The notes below the pieces were generated by a model. That model ran no database searches. It was not told the origin of the DNA and was given only the letters and a program-made list of their open reading frames with translations. Shown here one piece after another: positions 37,595-45,265 of a stretch of 64,000 bases of DNA (positions are counted from its first letter, which is position 1; each line of letters starts with the position of its first letter). The DNA lies in IMG/VR virus record IMGVR_UViG_3300045049_000125, positions 1-64,000 of that record; one strand, given 5' to 3'. The DNA comes from a virus. The position numbers and the translations under genes were made by a program.

Positions 37595-37789
37595 TCAGTC
37601 CTCGCGGAAGTAGGTATTCACGCCGTCGTCCATCGCATCCAGCTTACCGGCTTCGAGGTGAATGCTGACGAGCGGGTTCGTGAAGATGTACGGCATGGCG
37701 TTCTCGTTGGCGACGCCATAGAGCTTCGCGCAGAATGTGCCGTCTGCGCGATTGATGAGTGTTGCATTTTTGAACTTGATGACTGCCAT
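37595..37789 (-). CDS. Hypothetical protein
   Basis: 64 aa, translationally coupled. Confidence 0.55.
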   Translation of the reverse strand: MAVIKFKNATLINRADGTFCAKLYGVANENAMPYIFTNPLVSIHLEAGKLDAMDDGVNTYFRED

Positions 37790-38445
37790 TAGCGATTGAC
37801 CTTCTTTTTAGGTTCGCGGATTTCCAAGGAAGGCATACCTTCCTTGATCGTAAGGACTTGATCGAACTCCGCGCGCTGCGCATCGGTGAGCTTGCGATAC
37901 GCGGAAACGACCAACTCAGGCTTCCACTTGATAAGCCCGTCCACCGGAATTCCAACCTCGTGGAACGCCGGAGTCAAGACTTGCAATTCCTCGGCGGATA
38001 CGGTTCGGTTGATCTTGAACGTAGCGCCGAGGCTGCGACCGTCGCCGAGCTTCATGGTCGCGGAGCCTTCCTCCTTGTCGGAGAAGAACGTGTTTGCGAT
38101 GGCACGGCGCAAGACGTTCTCTTCGTCTTTGAGCTTATCGGCACGCGCCTTCAAGTCGGCCCATTCGTCAATGAGCGCGATAGGCCCCATACTCGGATCG
38201 TACGCTTGTTCACGCGCATCGCTGTCGTCGTAGTAATCCAGCGAGTCGAGCAATTCGACGGTCTGGTTAAACAACTGCTCGGCGTGGTATCCGCCTTGAT
38301 CGCAGTACGCGTGACCTTCGTTGTAATCCTTGTGGTGTTCTTCGGAACCCCCGCACATGCAAACGCCGGAGCTAACTCCGGCTTGTTGCAAGAGCGTCAA
38401 CCACGCATGGAGTTGGTCCGCAAGCTGTCGCTCAGTGCTGTTCAT
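37789..38445 (-). CDS. Phage recombination-module protein
   Basis: E..LR..IA, EG..T..L and IKWKPEL....YRKL...K.G.PSL motifs; start reassigned to MNSTE. Confidence 0.6.
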   Translation of the reverse strand: MNSTERQLADQLHAWLTLLQQAGVSSGVCMCGGSEEHHKDYNEGHAYCDQGGYHAEQLFNQTVELLDSLDYYDDSDAREQAYDPSMGPIALIDEWADLKARADKLKDEENVLRRAIANTFFSDKEEGSATMKLGDGRSLGATFKINRTVSAEELQVLTPAFHEVGIPVDGLIKWKPELVVSAYRKLTDAQRAEFDQVLTIKEGMPSLEIREPKKKVNR

Positions 38446-38873
38446 AGGCCACGCGCCCGCAGGAATTCCATTACCTGCAAGAGCATACGCTCGTTGCCGG
38501 GGTCGTCCGCAACGCTGTAGGTCGCTCCACGTGCTTTGTAACCCTCGTGGAGAGCGAACAGGTCTTCTGCGCTCGTCGGATCGGCCTCCCACTGGCCCTC
38601 AAGACCGAAGCACGAGCAGTGTGAGGCATGACAGGAATACAGCTTGCCGTCCTTCTCCCACAGGACGAACGCCGAGCCTGAATAACTCTCGTAGTTGTAT
38701 TCGGCCCAATGGATCGTAATGCCTTCGCGTTCTTCCTTCGGGATTTCAAATTGCGAAATCACGTCAGCGCCGTCGTCGAAGTCGCCATGAAACAGTTTCA
38801 GGCTCGGAATCACGTCCGTTGCGACAAGCGCAGCCGGCTTGTATTCGATTTTTTCGTTGTAGAGAGACATCAC
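38442..38873 (-). CDS. Hypothetical phage protein
   Basis: YSGSAFV...DGKLY...SHCSCFGLEGQW. Confidence 0.65.
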   Translation of the reverse strand: MMSLYNEKIEYKPAALVATDVIPSLKLFHGDFDDGADVISQFEIPKEEREGITIHWAEYNYESYSGSAFVLWEKDGKLYSCHASHCSCFGLEGQWEADPTSAEDLFALHEGYKARGATYSVADDPGNERMLLQVMEFLRARGL

Positions 38874-39589
38874 GCCACCCCGTTATGTTCGCTTTCGTTG
38901 TTCAAACGAAGGTCAGATTCAAAAAAGGAGTACACGCCGGGTTCTACGCCCTGAGCGGGCGATCCATGGATGTACACCTTGTAAGGGCAACCCCATTCGC
39001 CGGGTTCTTCGTAATCCACCACTTTACCCGCGAACGAGCCGGGCGCCCACGTTGCGATGACCTCGGTTCCTATGGGGAACTTCGGATTGGAGGACGATAC
39101 TCCGGTGAGCAGGCCAAGCATTCCAATAGCCGCCGCAAGCGATGCCTTTCGGGTGTCCGTGTGGGCGATGAAACCCTTGGGCGTCTCGCCGGCCTCGGCC
39201 TTGTCGGCGCGCGCGTGGGCCGCCGCATCGCTGTAGTTGTGGCCTTCATAGCGCTTGGCGAGCTTGGCGTAGTTGTGGCGCAAGGTCTCTTCGCGCGTGA
39301 TGAGCAGGCGATTGCGCAGAGCTTCCATGTAAAACTCAAGATCACCCAGCTCTTCGATCACGTTTTCGCGGTCGAGCGGCTTGTTGTAGGCAACATGCTT
39401 CTTGATGGCGTCAACCAGCTCGCCAGCCTCGCCGCCCACACCCGAGACCGCATGCCACAGGTCGCACTTTTCGGGCGTCAGCGTGGCAAGGATGTCGTTG
39501 CCGGGCTTCATGAGCTTTTGGACCATCGCGCGGTGTTCTGCGTCGATGTCGAGTTTTTCGCCGGTAATCGGCGTGACGTTAAAATCCAT
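38870..39589 (-). CDS. MazG-like nucleotide pyrophosphohydrolase with extra C-terminal domain
   Basis: GEAGELVDAIKK...EELGDL.FY...N..KL..RY. Confidence 0.85.
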   Translation of the reverse strand: MDFNVTPITGEKLDIDAEHRAMVQKLMKPGNDILATLTPEKCDLWHAVSGVGGEAGELVDAIKKHVAYNKPLDRENVIEELGDLEFYMEALRNRLLITREETLRHNYAKLAKRYEGHNYSDAAAHARADKAEAGETPKGFIAHTDTRKASLAAAIGMLGLLTGVSSSNPKFPIGTEVIATWAPGSFAGKVVDYEEPGEWGCPYKVYIHGSPAQGVEPGVYSFFESDLRLNNESEHNGVA

Positions 39590-39863
39590 CCTTCGGAACC
39601 TCTCTCAGTTTGGTTTCATAAAACGCCTTCATGACAAATTTAACGGACGATGTGGCGTATTCATCGCGCGTCATCTTGCGAACTTCTTGGGTGAAAAAGT
39701 CTAGCTCTTCTTGACTTAATTCCGATTGAAGCCAAGCCCAATCATCAGAAGTGATGGTATTCAGCGGCTTTCCCCACACGTTGTTGGGATCGGCGCTGCG
39801 AGCGGCATAAAACAGGAGAGCAACGAATGCCAGGATGGCAACGGCTAGTATGGAGAGAAGCAT
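39579..39863 (-). CDS. Membrane-anchored hypothetical protein
   Basis: N-terminal hydrophobic helix; GGAG RBS. Confidence 0.6.
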   Translation of the reverse strand: MLLSILAVAILAFVALLFYAARSADPNNVWGKPLNTITSDDWAWLQSELSQEELDFFTQEVRKMTRDEYATSSVKFVMKAFYETKLREVPKDGF

Positions 39864-40019
39864 GAAGGCTCCGAATTTGAAACGCCATCACTTTGCGTTA
39901 AAGAGTCGCGCAGTTTACCCGGCAAACACCCACTGCGCTAGGCGCTCCTAAGCCTTTTCCGCGTCACCCGCTTATTCTGGCGGCAGGCATCTTAACTGGA
40001 AAAGTCCTTGCCTTCTTAC

Positions 40020-40089
40020 TGGTGGACCGTGAGGGAATTGAACCCTCTGCCGGGAGGTAGGAACTCCCATGCCCCAACCACGGCGGCCC
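40020..40089 (-). tRNA. Atypical 70-nt tRNA: CCT anticodon (AGG, Arg) with Ala identity elements and reduced D arm
   Basis: GGGCCGC/ACGGTCC-A-CCA with G3:U70 and A73; GGGAG-TTCCTAC-CTCCC; GAGGG-TTCAATT-CCCTC. Confidence 0.7.
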
Positions 40090-40093
40090 AAAT

Positions 40094-40168
40094 TGGAGCT
40101 TAGAGCCCGACTCGAACGGGCGTGTACAGAATTTGCAGTCCTGTGCCTAACCACTCGGCCATCTAAGC
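40094..40168 (-). tRNA. tRNA-Cys(GCA)
   Basis: Full cloverleaf, U73, encoded CCA. Confidence 0.95.
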
Positions 40169-40169
40169 G

Positions 40170-40243
40170 TGGAGCGAGGTAAGAGAATCGAACTCTTTTC
40201 GTCACCTTGGAAGGGTGAAGCACAACCAATATGCCAACCTCGC
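40170..40243 (-). tRNA. tRNA-Gly(TCC)
   Basis: Full cloverleaf, U73, encoded CCA. Confidence 0.95.
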
Positions 40244-40323
40244 TTTGAAACTGACGGTCCCGGCGAAGGCTGGATGTCGGAAACACGACTAACCTAATCA
40301 CAGCCTTGCCGGGACGCTACAAC

Positions 40324-40395
40324 TGGTGGACCGCGTGGGAATCGAACCCACCAAAGTCTCCTTGCAAAGGAGTCTCGCGCCCCAGCGCGCAGCCC
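40324..40395 (-). tRNA. tRNA-Ala(TGC) with compact D arm
   Basis: G3:U70, A73, anticodon loop TTTGCAA; D arm GCGC-TGGG-GCGC. Confidence 0.85.
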
Positions 40396-40399
40396 AATT

Positions 40400-40475
40400 T
40401 GGTGCCGGCAGTCCGAATCGAACGGACGACCTGATGCTTACAAGGCAACTGCTCTACCTACTGAGCTATGCCGGC
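40400..40475 (-). tRNA. tRNA-Thr(TGT)
   Basis: Canonical 76-nt cloverleaf with CCA. Confidence 0.95.
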
Positions 40476-40532
40476 GAATTCGTCCGGTCTCTCCCGGGGT
40501 CAAGCCTACATCGTCGGGCTTTCGACATTGGA

Positions 40533-40609
40533 TGGTCCGTGCAGCAAGACTCGAACTTGCGACCCCCGACTCCCAAAGACGGTGCGCTACCAAACTGCGC
40601 TATACACGG
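40533..40609 (-). tRNA. tRNA-Pro(TGG)
   Basis: C1-G72, A73, anticodon loop TTTGGGA, CCA. Confidence 0.95.
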
Positions 40610-40730
40610 ATTTTAAAGGGTCAACCCGCCGCGCCCTCTCGCGGGGCTTGTCTCGGCTTCGCAGAACCTTTCGAGGGGAACCGCTGACCGTCTAGCGTTG
40701 TTGGTGCACCAACACGGGTTGATTTGAACT

Positions 40731-40807
40731 TGGCGTGCCCGGTAGGGACTCGAACCCACACCCGCACGGGTTTGGAGCCCGGCACTCTGCCATTAAGCTA
40801 CGGACAC
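40731..40807 (-). tRNA. tRNA-Trp(CCA)
   Basis: Anticodon loop CTCCAAA, G73, CCA; bulged T stem. Confidence 0.9.
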
Positions 40808-40816
40808 ATTTTAAAC

Positions 40817-40893
40817 TGGTAGGGGCTACAGGAGTCGAACCTGTGAATGTCTGAGTCAAAGTCAGATGCGTTAGGCCACTTCGCCAAGCCCCA
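40817..40893 (-). tRNA. tRNA-Gln(TTG)
   Basis: Anticodon loop CTTTGAC, U1:U72 mismatch, CCA. Confidence 0.9.
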
Positions 40894-40899
40894 TCAAAC

Positions 40900-41079
40900 T
40901 TAGTGCAGGGTCTTCCCCGGTTCGTACTGAGGATAAACCTCTGCGAGATGTTCCTCAAGCGCCTTTTTCACAATGGCTGTCTTGGTTCGATCTTCGGCTT
41001 GGTGTGCAGCTTCCAGCCATTGCAGTGTCTTCACTGGAAGGCGGAATGTGCACATTTCTTTTGGCAGCGTTGCGTGCAT
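40900..41079 (-). CDS. Ribbon-helix-helix (CopG/Arc-like) DNA-binding protein, missed by the ORF track
   Basis: 59 aa: MHATLPKEMCTFRLPVKTLQWLEAAHQAEDRTKTAIVKKALEEHL... Confidence 0.7.
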   Translation of the reverse strand: MHATLPKEMCTFRLPVKTLQWLEAAHQAEDRTKTAIVKKALEEHLAEVYPQYEPGKTLH

Positions 41080-41117
41080 AGGCTTGAAAATCTTGGCGGT
41101 GGGACTCGATGGACTGC

Positions 41118-41146
41118 ACTTTACCTAACACGTACATACAATGCAA
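41118..41146 (-). promoter_or_regulatory. Promoter for the RHH gene and tRNA array
   Basis: TTGCAT-N17-TAAAGT with TGTAC in the spacer; similar to the promoter at 33972-34000. Confidence 0.6.
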
Positions 41147-41152
41147 CACCCA

Positions 41153-42532
41153 TCAACTTCCCATGTTGAAGAAATCCTTTCCTCGGTTCTTTATCTGCTT
41201 CCACAGCGCGTAGCGCAGAGCATCAAACCCATGGTTGTGGGCATCGATCAGAATAGGGAGCACGATGTCATTTTGCATCTTGTCCACTTTGTAACGGTAA
41301 TTCTTGACTTCTGCAATAAGATTTACGCATCGTGGATGAATGTAGATGCGATGGAATTGGTTGAGGAATGCAATACCGTCCTCCACGGAGCCTTGCCATT
41401 TCTCGGCAGCTCCCGTGTAGAACTCGAATTTGTGGCGAAGATGCGAAATGGTCTCGGGCCGCGCAGCATCGCAGTAAATCGGATGATGGCGCACGCCGGG
41501 CACTTGCTCCATGAGCTTGGGCAGATCGTCCAACTCCACGCGGCCGAACGCTTCATAATCGACGTACAAGTCACGATTGACGTGATCGATATAGCATCGC
41601 ACCAACGCATTGGGATCGTTTGAAAATCCGAAGTCCATGCCGTAATGGAATTCGGTATTGAGCGGTGCAGTGAATTCTTTCACTTCGGCACGACGGATCA
41701 CCTGTGCAGCGGCAATGCGCTTAACATCGCCCTTCCACACCCAATCGTAATCGGCCTGCGCCTGAATGCGCGCGTCCTCGTTCGGAGCGGTTTCAATCAG
41801 CGAAAGCGCATAGAGTCGCTCATTTTCCAGTTCAAGCGGGAAGTACGGATTGTGCTCGTAATTGACCTGCACGGATGCCGTATTCGCGCATGGGTTATAA
41901 ATCCAGCGCTTTTGCATGAAGCTGTCCGCATGCTCCGGATTGCATGCAATGATGATTCGCGAGCCGCCTTTACGAATCGTGGGGAGCAGGATTTTCCACG
42001 AACCATCGGACACGGCCTGTCCTTCTTCCACAAAGCAAAAGCCCACACCATTCAGCGATTTCACGCTGTTGATATTGGTTTTCAAGCCTTTGTAGATGAA
42101 TTCCGATCCAGTTGCTCGATTGCGAATGGACGTCTTGCCCACGATGAATCGCTTGCGCAAACCGAGGCGATCAACGTGTTCTTCCATGAGCGCATGACAC
42201 GAATCAGCGATGCTGTTCATGTGCTCACGGCACAGTAGGAAACGATCTTGAATGACATCCGCCCACAAAATCAGAGATTCTGTGATGTTGAATGACTTAC
42301 CGCTACCGCGTCCACCGTGGAACATCTGATAGCGGTATGGACTGATAAGCGGCCAAAACCGCGTATCAGCATAAAGGGCTAGACGCTCAAGACTCTCCGT
42401 CGAAGCCTTCGCCGAAATCTTCGTCATCGGATCGCGGACCGTTTGCCGGTCCAGCTTCGCCATTTCCTGCTCCACTATCTCCCGATCCGTTAGCAGGCGG
42501 GAGCTGGTGCCCTCGGTTTTGGAGTAATCCAT
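41153..42532 (-). CDS. terL: Terminase large subunit (PBSX/SPP1-like)
   Basis: HGGRGSGKS, FVEEGQ, PTIRK.GS, GMDFGFSNDP and NH.FDALRYA motifs; start uncertain (frame open to 42589). Confidence 0.92.
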   Translation of the reverse strand: MDYSKTEGTSSRLLTDREIVEQEMAKLDRQTVRDPMTKISAKASTESLERLALYADTRFWPLISPYRYQMFHGGRGSGKSFNITESLILWADVIQDRFLLCREHMNSIADSCHALMEEHVDRLGLRKRFIVGKTSIRNRATGSEFIYKGLKTNINSVKSLNGVGFCFVEEGQAVSDGSWKILLPTIRKGGSRIIIACNPEHADSFMQKRWIYNPCANTASVQVNYEHNPYFPLELENERLYALSLIETAPNEDARIQAQADYDWVWKGDVKRIAAAQVIRRAEVKEFTAPLNTEFHYGMDFGFSNDPNALVRCYIDHVNRDLYVDYEAFGRVELDDLPKLMEQVPGVRHHPIYCDAARPETISHLRHKFEFYTGAAEKWQGSVEDGIAFLNQFHRIYIHPRCVNLIAEVKNYRYKVDKMQNDIVLPILIDAHNHGFDALRYALWKQIKNRGKDFFNMGS

Positions 42533-43187
42533 TGAAGAAACCTTGAATGTGCTGCATCGTGACTGGCTGCGAATCGATGGAATCGTCATCCTCAGTCAAG
42601 AAACCCTTGAGTTTGGAAATCTGATTGAGCGCGTTCATTGCTGTCGCAGGGTCAGCCGTCAACGCGATCTTAGTGTAGGCGGCAATCAAGCCTTCCTTGG
42701 TGGTGACGTCTTCTTCGTTGACGTCATTTCCATATTGATCGCGCTTGAAGTCCGCAGCGGTTACCCAGCCGGCCGAGATGGCCTTAATTAGCTCGGCAAC
42801 GGCCTTGTCCTTGTTGCGCATTTCCGGAATCAGCATGCCTCGCGGACCCGTCTTAAAGCCGGTCACATACTGGCGAGACTTCTTCGGCAATGCGCTGAAA
42901 TCGAAGGCTTCCATGAGGATGTGACCCTCGCCCTTGCACATACCACACGGCTCAACCTTGTCTGTCTCGTCCTCTTGTGGTGGCGCGTCTTCATCGCCCC
43001 ATGTGGATAGAGCGCGATCTACTTGCTTCTTGCGCAGCTTCGCTTTGACGTCGTACACGCGCACGCCTTCGCCGCCGCATTCAGGGCAGGGGACGGGCTC
43101 TTTTACTACGCCTTTCACGTAGTCTGCGCTGATGACGTCGAGAAGGTCTCGCACTACCTCAGCGCGTACGGGGTTCTTGATCGCCAT
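42387..43187 (-). CDS. terS: Terminase small subunit with CxxCxGxG zinc finger
   Basis: Immediately upstream of terL; CPECGGEG...CGMCKGEG and G.K....G......DKA motifs. Confidence 0.7.
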   Translation of the reverse strand: MAIKNPVRAEVVRDLLDVISADYVKGVVKEPVPCPECGGEGVRVYDVKAKLRKKQVDRALSTWGDEDAPPQEDETDKVEPCGMCKGEGHILMEAFDFSALPKKSRQYVTGFKTGPRGMLIPEMRNKDKAVAELIKAISAGWVTAADFKRDQYGNDVNEEDVTTKEGLIAAYTKIALTADPATAMNALNQISKLKGFLTEDDDSIDSQPVTMQHIQGFFNGLLQNRGHQLPPANGSGDSGAGNGEAGPANGPRSDDEDFGEGFDGES

Positions 43188-43259
43188 AAGAAAATCCGGG
43201 GTGCGCTATCAAACAGACTAACACAATTCCCGGATTTTCAAGTTTTTGCTGTACTTGTA

Positions 43260-43706
43260 TTAATTAAGACGATGGCGCGCTACTTTTTCAAACAACTCGC
43301 AGAAGGTCTCAATAGTTCCCTCCACGATGCCATACGATTCAAAACAACGCACGCCGTCACTTGTGTAGACCATGCCGGGCATGCGCACCTGCCATGGTCT
43401 GCGGTTTTTGCGGTACATCAAGACCGGTGTTTTCTGCTGTTCTGATGCGCTCTTGACGCACTGCGCCCACCACTTCTCAACTTCCTTTGGCGTTTCCTTT
43501 TCGTGGCGTTTGATTTCAATGGAGAAATCGAACGTGTTTGAAAGATCATCCCCACCAACAGCCGATTGGTTTTGGTTTCGCTGAATCAGCGGTTTGTCCA
43601 ACGACTGGCCGCGCTCGTTCAAGATGCGTTCCACGATGTCATTAAGCATCGTAGCAATCTCGCGCTCTCCGGTCTGACCTTTCGCTCGGGAGTTAATGCG
43701 CGCCAT
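43260..43706 (-). CDS. Holliday junction resolvase-like PD-(D/E)XK nuclease
   Basis: NSRAKG..GERE, DL...IEIKR and W.Q...A....PVL.YR motifs. Confidence 0.8.
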   Translation of the reverse strand: MARINSRAKGQTGEREIATMLNDIVERILNERGQSLDKPLIQRNQNQSAVGGDDLSNTFDFSIEIKRHEKETPKEVEKWWAQCVKSASEQQKTPVLMYRKNRRPWQVRMPGMVYTSDGVRCFESYGIVEGTIETFCELFEKVARHRLN

Positions 43707-43811
43707 CGTTCGCCGCCTCCCCGAAGATGCGCATCCCGCGCACGTGCATGCACGCGACCCCGAGAATACCATGGCCGATCCGGCCGTTATAAAAAATTGC
43801 AAGACCCTCAA

Positions 43812-44069
43812 TCATGCCGGCATCACCGAAAGAGAATTTCCCTGCACGTCAATGATTTCCCAATCATTGGCCCCTATGTCCTCTGCCTGAGCATGCCAAC
43901 GCATATAAGTGAGCCGACCACTGAAACACCAGAACAGAGGATTTTCTCCGTCACCTCTAACCCATTCGCGAATGGACACGCATGTGGGCCATGCCTGTCT
44001 CCGGAGAAATACGTGTTCGCGCAGACCTTCGTTGTTGTCCAAATATTGGGCAATTTCAGAAATGTTCAT
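43812..44069 (-). CDS. Hypothetical protein
   Basis: RR.AW...W.....DI.ANDWEI motif seen in small phage proteins. Confidence 0.55.
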   Translation of the reverse strand: MNISEIAQYLDNNEGLREHVFLRRQAWPTCVSIREWVRGDGENPLFWCFSGRLTYMRWHAQAEDIGANDWEIIDVQGNSLSVMPA

Positions 44070-44380
44070 TCAACTAGCTCCGTGGAAATGTCGCAATCAA
44101 GCTCGGTATAGGTGACGAGGAATTCGCTGTTGGTCATTCCACGGCCCGCGCGCCATTCGGCTTCGCTTTCGGTGCGCATGCGGCCAACGCCATCGTTGTT
44201 GTATTCGGCACTCCCCTCCGCGACGAGACGCGCGGCATATTCGGCCATGTCGTCTACGCCGTCGATATGCCACAGGGATTCCCGCCACTCGCGAAGAATA
44301 TCCGGCGTGTCGTAGACGTCCGGAAGCACAATACGTATTTTCTTGGTGGTTGTCACCTCAAAGGTGCGAACGATGCTCAT
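44066..44380 (-). CDS. Hypothetical protein
   Basis: Start MSIVR, ATGA-coupled. Confidence 0.55.
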   Translation of the reverse strand: MSIVRTFEVTTTKKIRIVLPDVYDTPDILREWRESLWHIDGVDDMAEYAARLVAEGSAEYNNDGVGRMRTESEAEWRAGRGMTNSEFLVTYTELDCDISTELVE

Positions 44381-44598
44381 CTCTTTCCTTTCCAGATATA
44401 AACGCCGATGTTGGGATATGTGCGAAACTGCCATTTCACGTCGCGGCGAACCGTCGTGATTTTGTGGCCTTTGGCGCGCAGCTTCTTCACTGCGTCGGGC
44501 ACGTTACGCACACCTGTCATGAAAGCCAGTTGGACCGAGGAAACACCGCGTTTTCGGTGTTCCTTAAGCGCGTTGAGGATGCGATCTTGGGCTCTCAT
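44377..44598 (-). CDS. Winged HTH protein
   Basis: RIL.AL...VSS.QL....RNV...V..LR.KGH.I.T. Confidence 0.65.
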   Translation of the reverse strand: MRAQDRILNALKEHRKRGVSSVQLAFMTGVRNVPDAVKKLRAKGHKITTVRRDVKWQFRTYPNIGVYIWKGKR

Positions 44599-44810
44599 GA
44601 CTTCGCCTTCAAACGAACAAAGCGATAATGGGCCAGCCCCTTGCGGTAATGACAGGATACTCGTCCATCTTTCACCGGTTTGCGGAGCGCCGTGGCGACC
44701 GCACGGGAATCAATTCCCCATGCGACTCCCATGCTTTGGGCGATTGATTTGGCAGACATGCTAACGCGCAACCTTTTCAACTTCAAAACCACATCTTCGC
44801 CAGTAATCAT
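44595..44810 (-). CDS. Small basic HTH-like protein
   Basis: Start MITGE; MSAKSIA...RAVATALR motif. Confidence 0.5.
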   Translation of the reverse strand: MITGEDVVLKLKRLRVSMSAKSIAQSMGVAWGIDSRAVATALRKPVKDGRVSCHYRKGLAHYRFVRLKAKS

Positions 44811-45265
44811 TTGCTCACCCGTTCGATTTCGCGGTTGATATACCACACCGCCTTTTTCAGGTCTTCGATGTGGGTTGTATCGGACTTCACGCCTGCCCGC
44901 CACATGTATTTGAGCGCATTCCCGAGATTGAAATTCCAATTCTCGGCAATCGTGATGCATTCGACGCCAGAGGGATCGGAATTGTAATGCTTCGGATGGT
45001 TGACCGTTTCCTGTTTGGGTTCCGCCGGCACTGCGGGTTGATATGGCGCCAAACGGACGTCTACCACTTCGCCCTCGCGATCCCGGTCAACAATGTAATG
45101 GGCGCCCTCAAACATGAATGCCATCTCGCCGGCTTCAATGAGGTGGATTTCAGTTCCAACTCTGAAACGAGCGGTTCCCCGTCTCAAAGTGTCATCCAAG
45201 CGGGAATTTAACAGCTCCCCGCATACATCGGAGGTATAAAATCCGTCAATTACTAATCCGTCCAT
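44807..45265 (-). CDS. DUF3310-like protein (T7 gp1.7 nucleotide-kinase-related)
   Basis: VNHPKHY...ECI...FNLGNALKY.WRAG.K...EDLKKA.WY. Confidence 0.85.
   Translation of the reverse strand: MDGLVIDGFYTSDVCGELLNSRLDDTLRRGTARFRVGTEIHLIEAGEMAFMFEGAHYIVDRDREGEVVDVRLAPYQPAVPAEPKQETVNHPKHYNSDPSGVECITIAENWNFNLGNALKYMWRAGVKSDTTHIEDLKKAVWYINREIERVSK

Noticed and set aside
40020-40089. Amber (CUA) suppressor, or genome-wide AGG-to-Ala recoding
   Set aside because: CTA is off-centre in the 7-nt loop; the AGG codons inspected in the GH108 gene fit Arg; ORFs read normally in the standard code.
39864-40530. Hammerhead, twister, pistol or HDV-like ribozyme, or a full tmRNA, in the array spacers
   Set aside because: The catalytic-core consensus sequences could not be matched by eye, and no tag reading frame lies within a tRNA-like domain.
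39972-40958. ORFs called across the tRNA array
   Set aside because: They overlap clear tRNA cloverleafs.
40955-41149. 64-aa ORF in the supplied track
   Set aside because: A different frame (40900-41079) gives a convincing RHH protein, and this ORF starts inside the promoter.
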